A DNA stretch of 64,000 nucleotides, taken from NCBI GenBank assembly GCA_964199315.1, contig OZ116703.1, forward strand, positions 20,522,001 to 20,586,000, given 5' to 3'. The DNA is from Orbicella franksi (Eukaryota). Position 1 is the first letter of the stretch. Every line of letters begins with the position of its first letter. Under the pieces are notes generated by a model. The model was not told the origin of the DNA, did no database searches, and saw only the letters and a list, made by a program, of their open reading frames with translations. The position numbers were made by a program, and so were the translations under genes. Positions 39,501 to 47,560 of the stretch are shown here, piece by piece.

Positions 39501-42500
39501 AAACAAACAAAGTAAACGTAACAAATGAATATTGTCACACGGAAAGCTTTATTCATTCGTAATTTCATATTTTGTCAGGCCGGTGAATCTACAATCATGG
39601 GCAAAAGTCTTCAGACAAATTTGCACTTTTGGCGCTCCTGCATACACGCCAGACGCGGATACCTCTACACCTGCCTAAATCTAGAACATGCAATTTCTCC
39701 TGATTTTCAACATTGTATTGGCTGGGGAGGGGGAACAGCAACAGGCTTTTAACAGGAGAAAACTCAGATAATTCACTACATTACATTAGTGTCCCAATTA
39801 AGGACTTTTGTCCACGATAATAGAAGTCGGTAGTTACGTGCTTATAAGTTATCATTTAACTTTAACCCATTGACCCCCGGAGCTTTTTGCCACAAACGAA
39901 TTTTTTGGACATTTTGGAGATTTTCAGACAGGATATGGGCCAAATTAGCTCCAATCTACTCAAAAAAGCATTTGCAACATGAAGGGAAGCCTTTTTTCCA
40001 CTAGCATCACGTTTTACAAGGGCGGTTACGGACGGCACGGGAGCCAATGAGTTAAGGCGAGTTTACAGATATCGGATTCTTTTGCTGCCTTTGGCCCAGG
40101 TCATTGAAATAAAACATTTGCGAGTTTGCTGACCTTCGCATTGCCGCTTTGACTCCAGGCTTGGTTGGTTCTTTTTTTCGTTGTCATTTCATGACCTGAC
40201 TCGTGGCCACATGACAAATCGGAAAGCTGAAAAGGTAAAACGCTCTTTCACGTGACGACAGACTTAAACAACAACTTTCTGACAACGTTCAGCATACATT
40301 AGCAAGAATAAATCAAAAGGGATTTTGGATGCATGGTTAGTTCTAGATAAAAACTGAAAGATTAGTCAGTTTTCAGTGTGACAGTAAGCAGTTTATCAGT
40401 TCTCAGTTAGATATCGATGAAAGCTTATTCCCCACTCCAGAATTTCAGGTCCTTTATAACGCCATTATAACTTCTCAGCCCAGTTTCATAAAGTCTCGTG
40501 ATGTCACGTTGTCGCACGACTAATGACAAGTCGTGTGTTGTCTTTGGATGCCAAGTCCTACTGTATGCTGCATGCAACATCGAAAGCAACCTTATAACGA
40601 ACAGCTTTGAGTCGCTCCCATCGTGCCCTTCCAGACCGTCTCTTACAACAGAGACAAGTTCACGCTGTGGATATGAGATTCACAGCTGTGCAGTAGCTTA
40701 TTTTTGTAACTTACCGACTGACATCGGCTCATCTCCGCTGTTCCACTCCTAGGTTGCGCCGCCACCAATTTTTGAGTCATTTGCATTTTAACCATGTCGA
40801 GTTCTGCATTCTTTTAAGAAAAAAAAAAAAAAAACTAAAAAACGGCTGCATACATTGCCCTGAGAGAGTCTGCATAACTATAGCAAAGAAATAAAGATAC
40901 ACTAAAAAAACCTAGAAGAGACAAAAATTTTATGAATTGTACGATTTAGCTGTCTGTGACTTCAGTTCCTGATAACAAGAGCTATTGGTTTCTAAACAAA
41001 CTATTGTGCTTCGTCGGCGGGAAAGTAAAGCAAGAAACTAGCTAATTACCAACTTAAAGATTATTAGCTTAAAAGACGTGAATTAATAGTCGTAGAGCTG
41101 ACGTTTTGAGCATCATCCCTTCATCGAAGCAAATTAAGCGACGAAACGTTAGGAATGTTTACCTTTTGAACTACAAGTCCAGTACAGCAATTAGATAAGT
41201 GCTACCTAAGCGAAATATCCTCTCTTACATTAAGTTTTCAAATAATGTTTTTTTCCATAATATTCCATTTTCCCATAAACAAATATTAGACTAGTACATG
41301 TATTTATCAATAAGTGACAACAGAGACTGAAGAGTTCATCAAAGTTTTCTCTCACTTCGGGATCAATAAATTGCCATTCATTCACTAATTCCAGAGCCTC
41401 CGCAAACTCTCCCTGCCGGATCTTGATTTTTATTTTTGTATCAAATGCTGCCGCACTTGTGCGTTGCGTCAAATTGAGAGCTGCAAAAGGAAAAAAAAGA
41501 TAATGACAACGCTGGCAATAAGGTCTGGAAAGAAATGGGTGAATCCGAAGTCTGTGTCATACGACAACCTACTAAAAATAGCTGAGATGATGTCTTTGGA
41601 ACAACGTAGGCAATTTCAATCACAAGTTATGTTGCACAAGTGCTTGTACGACAGTGGAGCACCCTATATTATTAATTTTTTTTTAATTTTATGGTGGTAC
41701 ATACGATTTACGTGGGTTCAGCACAAGGCTTGAACTTCCTCCATTCAATTTGGAGTGCATGCATCGATCTTTTATATCTTTAGTCAGTAAACTTTGGAAT
41801 GCGTTGCCTCTAATGGTTAGAGAATCGAAAGACATTTTATCTTTTAAGCGAACTCTTAAAGTTCATATGCCTTAAAGCGTGCTTTTTAAAGTTTTAAATT
41901 TTGTATATAGTGTTAGTTCAAGATTTTTAAAATAGCGCCTGTATATACTATTGTAAATATCAATGATAATTTTTTTAGCCTCTCTAAATACTAACTACTA
42001 GTTAGTATTTGCTTGGCGTTTACGAATTGATAATATTTATTATTTTATATTTCCTACCAGTACACACGTAGGTGTTGTGTGTTTAAATAAAGGTTAAGGC
42101 TCTTCTTCGCTTTTTCCTTTCCTTATTTCTTTAATCGCAAAGAGCCTGCTCGCAGGCTGAGCCGCCAATTCTCAGTTACTGACGTTCTACAGCGGTCAAA
42201 CGCACTGCGCAGGCGCATTTCCGCCAACACTTGTACTGTCACTTATATACACGTCTCAACTGTTTTCGAAATAACTCTTGCTCATTTTTGCTTCAAACTC
42301 TCAATAAATTTCGAGGCGACGGAAACTGAAAGAAACTGAAAGTGGTGCTGAATTTTTGCCTTTTATCGCTGTGAAACGTTGTAAAACGAGGTGTAACGTT
42401 ACCTTTAGCCTGCGAGCAGGCTCATCTTTGAGTCACGCGCGCGAGTAGTGAAGAGCAAAACGATCCGGCAGTAAGGAGGCGCGCTTGTGCTCCAACGTGA

Positions 42501-42774
42501 GCCTGCTCGCGGACTACGTTAACTTTAAAGCGACACCCGAGCCAACAGGAACTGTTTCGCTCATGTCCATACTGTCATCTGAGTGAGCATGAAAAAAGCC
42601 GCAAGTTGCATTTTTCATAAAATGATATATGTATATTGAAGTGTAGGAGGCCAAGGCTTTTTCAGTAGAATTTGCAAAACTGACCTGTGATTATTAATTC
42701 GAAAGCAAAGTTTATAACAAATACGACAGGTTACACGATCTGGAAGGAAATGAATGTAGTCAATGGTATTGTCA

Positions 42775-42855
<81 letters not shown>

Positions 42856-45662
42856 TACCTCTATTGCAGTCCTGCTCAGCTTGAAGAAACTCACCCTGTG
42901 GAATATAAATGAGCCATGAGTGCAAAACATATATTTCCATTCACTCATCAACAGTCTTCCCAAGGTGTTCTAATAAGGAGCTAATTCGCGAATATGTTCC
43001 GCACTTGTAAAGAACGCGGTCACATCAACAGACTATAGGGGTGTGACCAACAAGAGAGGTAACAAGGCAAAATAACTCTTTAAGCTCTCGGCAGAAAAAG
43101 AAATTATCAAGAGTTCGAAAACGATAACAGAAGCGCTACCATCGACCAGAGATCCATACTACCGAAATCAAGGATTAAGTATTCGCTCACAAACTTCTCT
43201 TCATAACAGCTGGCCAACATAGCTATATTCTTACCAAAATGGAGAAGCATTTCGCTCGATATTCGTGAGCATCCGGAAATTCTGGAAAAAGATTCACAAC
43301 TTCTGTGAAAAAGGCTAAGGCCACCTTTGTCTTAGAGTCTGAGAGCGACAGCTCGCCTTGTGTCATCAGGACGTCAAGAGTGCTGTGAACTTGATGATAT
43401 CCCTAAAAATAAGGTCAAAAGAAACACTGTTTGGATTAACATTTTAATTAGGCCTGAAAGAAAAAAAAAAAAAAAAAACAGTAAGGAATTTCAAAGGCAT
43501 CCCAAGACGTAGAGAAAACACGAGAAACAACAAATACATGTATGATATAACAATATACATAGAAATAATTTTGGTAACAAAGAATAAGAGAAAATTAATG
43601 AAGAATGTGAATCAGCATTTTGGGAAAAGCACCTCAGAAAGCAATCTAACATCTCAGAGCTGATCGAGTCTGACAATGAAATGTTTTTAAGAAATTCAAA
43701 TCTTGCGTACCTTTGATTTTTGAAAATAGACTTAAAGTTGAATGAATTACTAAAATGCACATCTCTGTTAAAAATAAAAAAATGCACCCTTTGTACAAAA
43801 AAGTGCTTGGAAATGAATCGGATGAAAGGAACATTCCGAGGACTGCCAAAATTGGGCGAGGCCACTGAGAAAGCCATTAGCATTCGAACGATTACAGTTA
43901 CGGAATTGTCTAAATAACTTGTTAATCAGGACACTACCCAAATTCAGAGTTATTTGAACGCTTTACAAAGTAATGAAATAATCTTACGCGGGCTTCAATG
44001 AAATCATGGGCTGACAGTACAATTAAGATAGATACCTGGCCACACAACCACTTCACTTTCATTCTTAACCTTCTCATAATATCCTTGTCTCTTGATATCT
44101 ATAAAATAAAACTTGTACTATTAAGAAGGATGGATTGAAGAAATTGTGATAGAGTAGCGCGCACTGGCAAGCTGCAGTGAATGCAAAAGGTTGCTAAGTA
44201 AGACAGCCGTAAAAATTGAATGGCCTTACCCCTCTCCTCCTAAAACGTGCGCTATCACTTGGAGGTGTACAGTTAAGGAGTTTGCCATTTCATTTATAGT
44301 CTTTATAGCGTATATTGCGGTCACCTTTGATTTGGAGAAACTTAACTGATAATAAAACACCAGGATTTTTCCTAATGTTAAGAGGGACCTGCCAAAAGTG
44401 GGATACGATTCGAACAAATACCTACGAGCACACATGGTCATGAACAAACCCACCACATTGTAACCATCTCCGTTTCCTTTTATCACATAAGAACTTCCTC
44501 AGCCTACTCAATGCGAAGTCTTGTTTTACGTTTGTGACGCAACGTAGTTATTTTACATAAAATGTTGCGTTTTCGATAAATACCCGAGGATCAAGAGACT
44601 TGTATATGACGGCGTGCATAAAAGCCTTCTGTACTTCTCCCTGTAGCTCTAGAGCTTGTGAAGATAGAAATGCTATGTGTTCGTTGTCACTCCCCAGTTT
44701 GCTCTTAGCTAAAAACATCAGAAAGAATTGTAAGCAAATATATTACTATACAGCAACCAGAACTAATGGTAAGGGGGATTTTGCTCTTAGCTTCAAGCAA
44801 GAGAACGAATTGTTCGTAAACATCGTACGAAAACAACAACTGGTGGTTAGAGGGATAAAATTATGGTCTGGAAGGCCCGGTGCATTCATTGTCCCGAATT
44901 CAACTCCTCCACGTTTTGTAACTAACTAACGGGCCAGCCTGCTACCAGTTTGGATTTCTCACTTTTTTAATGATCCAAGTTATCTTGGATCACTGATACT
45001 GATCGGATTATGCCAAAGAAATGCAACCAAGTGTCATGAATACTTGCGTCTGCGCCGCAGTAAATTACAACTGTTGCAATATCAACTTACAACAACAACA
45101 AAAGTCTGCCGAAACCGGAATCCGTATTACACTTCTTAAAGACAAGACTAAAAATGTCATCTCACTACTGCTGTTTCCTCAGTGAACATGTTCAGATCGT
45201 CAGGAAACCTACTCTCCTATCCTCCTCTTTCCGCCCCTGATCTGTGACTGCTGTGTGGTATACGTAAAAATCGTTGTTTACGTTTTACATTAAAGTAAAA
45301 GCTTTATTCATCTTCAGTTCTATACTCACCATCTCTGCAATCTCGTAAAACGTGCTGTACGTAACTCTGAAAGTGAAGTGTATTGCTGTGGTCACAAAAG
45401 TAAACTAACTTAGTGTCAACTCAAACATGTTTCAAGTTCTTTAACCAGGAAGAAAGATACTAACCAAGCGAAGTAAACATTCAGCTCGCTTGCATAGAAT
45501 AGCGGCGACCAATCCAGGGGAAGAATCAGCTTCGAGGTACCGTAGTGCCACAGTATATAGCATGGCAGATGTACGATAGTCCTTGATCAACATGAACTGT
45601 TCAGCATTTTTCAGCGGGGTTTCCACAGGGTCAGCTGACACAAGAACCGAGCTAAGCAGAGC
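10579..45662 (-). CDS. HELZ2: HELZ2-like helicase-exoribonuclease (TPR-CCCH x4-SF1 helicase-PAM2-RNB-SF1 helicase), 33 coding exons, about 3520 aa, start codon unresolved
   Basis: 33 GT-AG exons with compatible phases total 10572 nt with no internal stop. Helicase 1 has GPFGTGKT, IDEAAQ and NTALTRA. RNB has IDPPGSRALDDA and YTRFTSPIRRY. Helicase 2 has GPPGTGKT, VDECG, SPYRAQ and NVALTRA. The helicase-RNB-helicase order is the HELZ2 architecture. Confidence 0.9.
10849..11016 (-). CDS. HELZ2-like exon 32 (helicase 2 motifs V-VI)
   Basis: GSEFDFVIISLVRS...LGFVTDEHQINVALTRAKRGLVIIG; absent from the ORF track. Confidence 0.95.
11305..13936. repeat. Tandem array of three ~870-bp units (starts 11305, 12174, 13053) in intron 31
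   Basis: Each unit begins agaagatctgttagatctt and ends ggtctgcgtctggtcaccgacaaaa; near-identical ORF-track peptides recur. Confidence 0.95.
13941..14050. repeat. Two 50-bp GC-hairpin repeats, period 60
   Basis: ataaacc.cgggtaaacctagaac.gcgctcggcccatggccgcgcggtt x2. Confidence 0.9.
14656..14797 (-). CDS. HELZ2-like exon 31
   Basis: VVLSPYRAQ...SIVRSQG|gtaggt; absent from the ORF track. Confidence 0.92.
14901..15023. mobile_element. Short palindromic MITE-like repeat; related end at about 65-110
   Basis: tattcgtattctcggtactgg / ccaataccgaggatacgaata. Confidence 0.6.
15188..15247. repeat. Compound (GATC/ATCG/ATCA)n microsatellite
   Basis: Seen directly. Confidence 0.9.
15479..15730 (-). CDS. 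HELZ2-like exon 30
   Basis: HPDICEFPSQHFYGGKL...SKSNLKERDKV|gtgaga. Confidence 0.92.
16065..16403 (-). CDS. HELZ2-like exon 29 (helicase 2 motifs II-III)
   Basis: IVDECGM, LIGDHMQLQP, LEEQYRM|gtaagt. Confidence 0.95.
16960..17249 (-). CDS. HELZ2-like exon 28
   Basis: ILRVYG...IALHYVIR, phase 1-0. Confidence 0.92.
17523..17690 (-). CDS. HELZ2-like exon 27 (helicase 2 motifs I, Ia)
   Basis: GTGKTITGVHIAYWF...YCGPSNKSVDVVA. Confidence 0.95.
18136..18178 (-). ncRNA. Minimal type I hammerhead ribozyme motif in a Penelope-like terminal repeat (mutated copy)
   Basis: GACU-CUGAAGA-UGAU..GUC-GAAA-C-GUC-CGUC: conserved core boxes plus palindromic ACGU stem III. Confidence 0.6.
18455..18598 (-). CDS. 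HELZ2-like exon 26 (helicase 2 Q motif, start of Walker A)
   Basis: LNTSQETAVKRSLRGLFTLIQGPP|gtaagt. Confidence 0.92.
19105..19193 (-). CDS. HELZ2-like exon 25
   Basis: RMIKTVEDL...LAHDICLG|gtaagg, phase 2-1. Confidence 0.85.
20426..20667. mobile_element. Harbinger-like MITE
   Basis: Imperfect TIR gggccggatagttcaaa / tttcaaacaacctggcc; a related right end lies at about 19993-20011. Confidence 0.5.
21338..25643 (-). CDS. HELZ2-like exon 24 (4306 nt: helicase 1 motif VI, PAM2, RNB, acidic tract)
   Basis: Lies within the 1449-aa ORF; ttag|GA...AG|gtaatt, phase 1-2. Confidence 0.97.
25852..25927 (-). CDS. HELZ2-like exon 23 (helicase 1 motif V)
   Basis: VRTIRDGLRKVGLGQVDVETIENVQG|gtgagt; absent from the ORF track. 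Confidence 0.9.
25975..26049. mobile_element. 75-bp mini-element of the same family as 50373-51400
   Basis: Ends aggtgattcct / gagaattaccttaa; internal gcattgcgcatcct matches the reverse complement of the right end of the larger element. Confidence 0.6.
26126..26548 (-). CDS. HELZ2-like exon 22 (helicase 1)
   Basis: LTENYRS...SDMFY...NLAEV...SSYRYQ|gtactt. Confidence 0.95.
26949..27542 (-). CDS. HELZ2-like exon 21 (helicase 1 motifs I-III)
   Basis: GPFGTGKT, THSNSAAD, LIDEAAQ, GDHMQ; phase 0-0. Confidence 0.95.
28125..28566 (-). CDS. HELZ2-like exon 20 (1B barrel)
   Basis: ttacag|...DVQFHINRLPLCEMHDNIDRL|gtaaga, phase 2-0. Confidence 0.9.
28626..28757. other. Assembly gap (132 N) in intron 19
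   Basis: Run of N; flanking exons are phase-compatible, so no coding exon needs to be missing. Confidence 0.99.
29339..29946 (-). CDS. HELZ2-like exon 19 (Ig-like region, pre-helicase)
   Basis: FGYFAQVLVLDFG...NYKDVMHQLLFVEE, typical HELZ/MOV10-type segment; phase 0-2. Confidence 0.9.
30147..30898 (-). mobile_element. Non-autonomous AcademH-like DNA transposon derivative
   Basis: About 77-bp TIRs, perfect 9-bp TSD GATTTTAGG (30138-30146, 30899-30907), internal RecQ-like remnant LSDEQFKALFHYFNSRDTFACLPT. Confidence 0.75.
31064..31198 (-). CDS. HELZ2-like exon 18
   Basis: catcag|VEDLVSRLPG...WSLQICYE|gtaaga, phase 0-0. Confidence 0.8.
31582..31801 (-). CDS. HELZ2-like exon 17 (CCCH 4)
   Basis: WTKGSCKLGRVCTFAHGETELTAW, phase 2-0. 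Confidence 0.85.
32190..32355 (-). CDS. HELZ2-like exon 16 (start of CCCH 4)
   Basis: ...LKEWRHAFRG...KYRICP|gtaagc, phase 1-2. Confidence 0.85.
33408..33630 (-). CDS. HELZ2-like exon 15 (CCCH 3)
   Basis: CPHYSVRKSCPTGDRCSFPHSEVERIAW, phase 0-1. Confidence 0.85.
33910..34084 (-). CDS. HELZ2-like exon 14 (CCCH 2)
   Basis: WANGTCKLRRTCTFAHGEKELEAW, phase 2-0. Confidence 0.85.
34332..34494 (-). CDS. HELZ2-like exon 13 (start of CCCH 2)
   Basis: ...LKEWREAFRG...KYKMCP|gtaagt, phase 1-2. Confidence 0.85.
35098..35442 (-). CDS. HELZ2-like exon 12 (CCCH finger 1)
   Basis: CRYHDRPELCWQGKLCVYAH (C-x8-C-x5-C-x3-H), phase 1-1. Confidence 0.85.
36211..36315. repeat. 105-bp near-perfect palindrome within a dispersed repeat
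   Basis: aacaattagaccc..gggtcaatagcccat / atgggctattgaccc..gggtctaattgtt. Confidence 0.85.
36798..36872 (-). CDS. HELZ2-like exon 11 (basic, NLS-like linker)
   Basis: ttgtag|PSFPERSRKRKMRRKTRTLRAARQ|gtacac, phase 1-1. Confidence 0.55.
37040..37102 (-). CDS. HELZ2-like exon 10 (linker)
   Basis: ttttag|AVATEDTTPSMATPAALPGE|gtatgt, phase 1-1. Confidence 0.55.
37602..37659 (-). CDS. HELZ2-like exon 9 (linker)
   Basis: atacag|VKAQAPTREEQHGACEKTK|gtaata, phase 0-1. Confidence 0.55.
38687..38752 (-). CDS. HELZ2-like exon 8 (charged linker)
   Basis: tttcag|ERQEIARELGERRKQEESKSKK|gtatgt, phase 0-0. Confidence 0.65.
39444..39491 (-). CDS. HELZ2-like exon 7 (charged linker)
   Basis: PKNKKELQREERQREK|gtaaat, phase 0-0. 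Confidence 0.6.
39862..40055. mobile_element. piggyBac-like MITE
   Basis: TTAA at both ends; cccattg / caatgag termini. Confidence 0.65.
41356..41480 (-). CDS. HELZ2-like exon 6 (TPR B)
   Basis: ttgcag|ALNL...GEFAEALELVNEWQFIDPE|gtgaga, phase 1-0. Confidence 0.8.
41510..41965 (+). mobile_element. 3' fragment of a CR1/L2-type LINE
   Basis: SYDNLLK..MSLEQRRQFQ..LHKCLY...YDLRG...SKLWNALP..VRES...SFKRTLK. Confidence 0.75.
42406..42516. mobile_element. TAG...CTA MITE (Academ-like)
   Basis: tagcctgcgagcaggctca / tgagcctgctcgcggacta; flanked by cgttacctt / cgttaactt. Confidence 0.7.
42776..42853. repeat. Poly-A plus (AAT)n microsatellite abutting the exon 5 donor
   Basis: Seen directly. Confidence 0.95.
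42859..42895 (-). CDS. HELZ2-like exon 5 (37 nt, TPR B)
   Basis: ccacag|GEFLQAEQDCNR|gtatat, phase 0-1. Confidence 0.8.
43235..43402 (-). CDS. HELZ2-like exon 4 (TPR cassette B)
   Basis: ...ALAFFTEVVNLFPEFPDAHEYRAKCFSIL|gtaaga, phase 0-0. Confidence 0.8.
44584..44708 (-). CDS. HELZ2-like exon 3 (TPR A)
   Basis: ttttag|...QALELQGEVQKAFMHAVIYKSLDPR|gtattt, phase 1-0. Confidence 0.75.
45330..45366 (-). CDS. HELZ2-like exon 2 (37 nt, TPR A)
   Basis: tttcag|SYVQHVLRDCRD|gtgagt, phase 0-1. Confidence 0.75.
45465..45662 (-). CDS. HELZ2-like exon 1 (TPR cassette A)
   Basis: cag|GCT...TTG|gttagt, phase 0-0; ...SAMLYTVALRYL...AAILCKRAECLLRL. Confidence 0.75.
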
Positions 45663-46629
45663 CTGTGAATAAACAAGTTGAAAACAAGTTATGGACTGAT
45701 TCTGGCTGAAGTTTTCTTTCGTAGCCTATAACAAAAACAGAAGTGGGTTGTGTTACCATGATGTACTGACACTCGAATCATGTCCATGACCTGGCATTAT
45801 TTCATACATCTTTTTGGGGGGTGACTATAATGAGCGATCTTCATAATAACAAAAGATAGTATTTTGTGTTTCAACACTGTAAAAACCTTCATCTTGTACA
45901 TGATATGAAGAGGTTTCATTCACCAAAATAAATGCACAAAAAGAGACATGTCAAATGTTATGGATAGCGTGTCCTTACCTTATGTTGATGGGGTGAGTGC
46001 TTGGTGAAGGTTGCTAAATCGAATCGTTGCCATGATTATGGCGCTGTGATAAATTCAACGAGGAAATCAAGCCGGGCTATGGCCTGAGTAGACTAACAGG
46101 TGGTGCTCGTATAAAAGTGAACACGAGAAGTGGTATAATGAGGTGATGCATGGTATTGTAGGGTCTTCCACGGTAAATATTAATTCATACAGAATGGTAC
46201 AGCAACAAGAAAACACCAATAACAGACAAACAAGCAAGGTATATTTCAAATTGAACAAAAACAGTTGCGATAGATACGACAATTCTTTTACAAACCGGCG
46301 ATATCGTGAAAGGTAGGTCTGCAAGCCCTGTATCAAAGGAGGCGGAACTGTAAAAAAAGCTTCTAATTAGGACAAAATGTTTTGATACATATATTCAATG
46401 CATTTTCTTTTTGAAACACATTAACATTTAAAAGAGAGGCTTCAATGTAGTAAAGGAATTCAACTAAAAGACGTTTCCGATCCAGAATTGACTAATTGAA
46501 AATTGGAAAAAAAAAATAGAAAGAAATCTGCGATACCGGTGCACTTCTCTTTCAACTGGGCTACCAATCCAACTGGGAGGTAATCACTTTGAGAGTTCGT
46601 TATATACAGGTACCCGTAAGGTTAGGCAA

Positions 46630-47560
46630 TATCATATATTGGAAAGTATAGATTACTTCATGGAAAGTGCGCGCGTACGGCATTTACGCACGAGTTGTTG
46701 ACGTATCAGAAAACGAACGAGCGAGTTTTCTGATGCAAAACCAACGAGTTCGGAAATACCGTGCATTAAAGCAGTTTCCAAGCTTTAATTTGTTTATTTT
46801 ATACTTACTGAGATTTTCACGCTCAGCATTCTAATAAAATTTAATTGCTTTTTCATTCGGCAGAACAAATGTCAAGTAATGTTTTTATTCCGACTTGGTC
46901 GCTTCTTCAAAAGCCTATAGTGTAAATATTTTTCGTACAGAGTGTTTACTCCGTCATCGGTCAACGCTTTAGCTGCGTTTGATTTGCTTCGTTTGCCTTG
47001 CCTTTTTTTAAGTCGTTTGCTTCGAGCGTCCAGAATTTTTCTTGCTCTTTGTCGTCGATAATGCTTAGGGGATATTTGCCTTCTTTAAAACTTTTCTGGC
47101 CTCTTCCTTCTGAGGAACTCGCTAAACAAGCTGACCTTAACGTCTCGTCGGGTTTTTGCCCGAGTGTTTTTGTGCTGGTGTTCCTGGATGCAATTTTAAA
47201 TGGTTTTATCTAAAGCGATAAACCTGTTCGAGCTTTCCGCCAGTATCTGTGGTTTATAGCTAATTTGCGAGAAAACTAGTGTAAACTTGTGGAAACTCTA
47301 CAAGCTTCTGTGAATGAGGATTGAAGAGGAGCCAACAGCAACGTGAACGCGTTGCGAACTGACTGATTCACTTTGACAGCTGATTTCTGATTGGATGAAA
47401 CGCTTTTCCCCCGTGTGAGAAAGACGTTTCACGATTGTGATTGGATCGGAAAAAATTTTCGTATGACTGAGTTTTTCATGCGGTCGATTCTATCCGAAAA
47501 TCTCAGTAAGTATGAAATAATGCATAATATTTCACATGTTCACTTGGATAACCAATTTCT
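46630..47560 (-). mobile_element. Crypton-like (tyrosine recombinase) remnant, frameshifted
   Basis: GKYPLSIIDDKE and KRLKKRQGKRSKSNAAKALTDDGVNTLYEKYL in two frames resemble Crypton/DUF3504 recombinases; boundaries approximate. Confidence 0.5.

Noticed and set aside
41097-41130. Second hammerhead-like relic (minus strand CGAUGA...AAAACGUC)
   Set aside because: Both conserved boxes are mutated, so it cannot be called a ribozyme.
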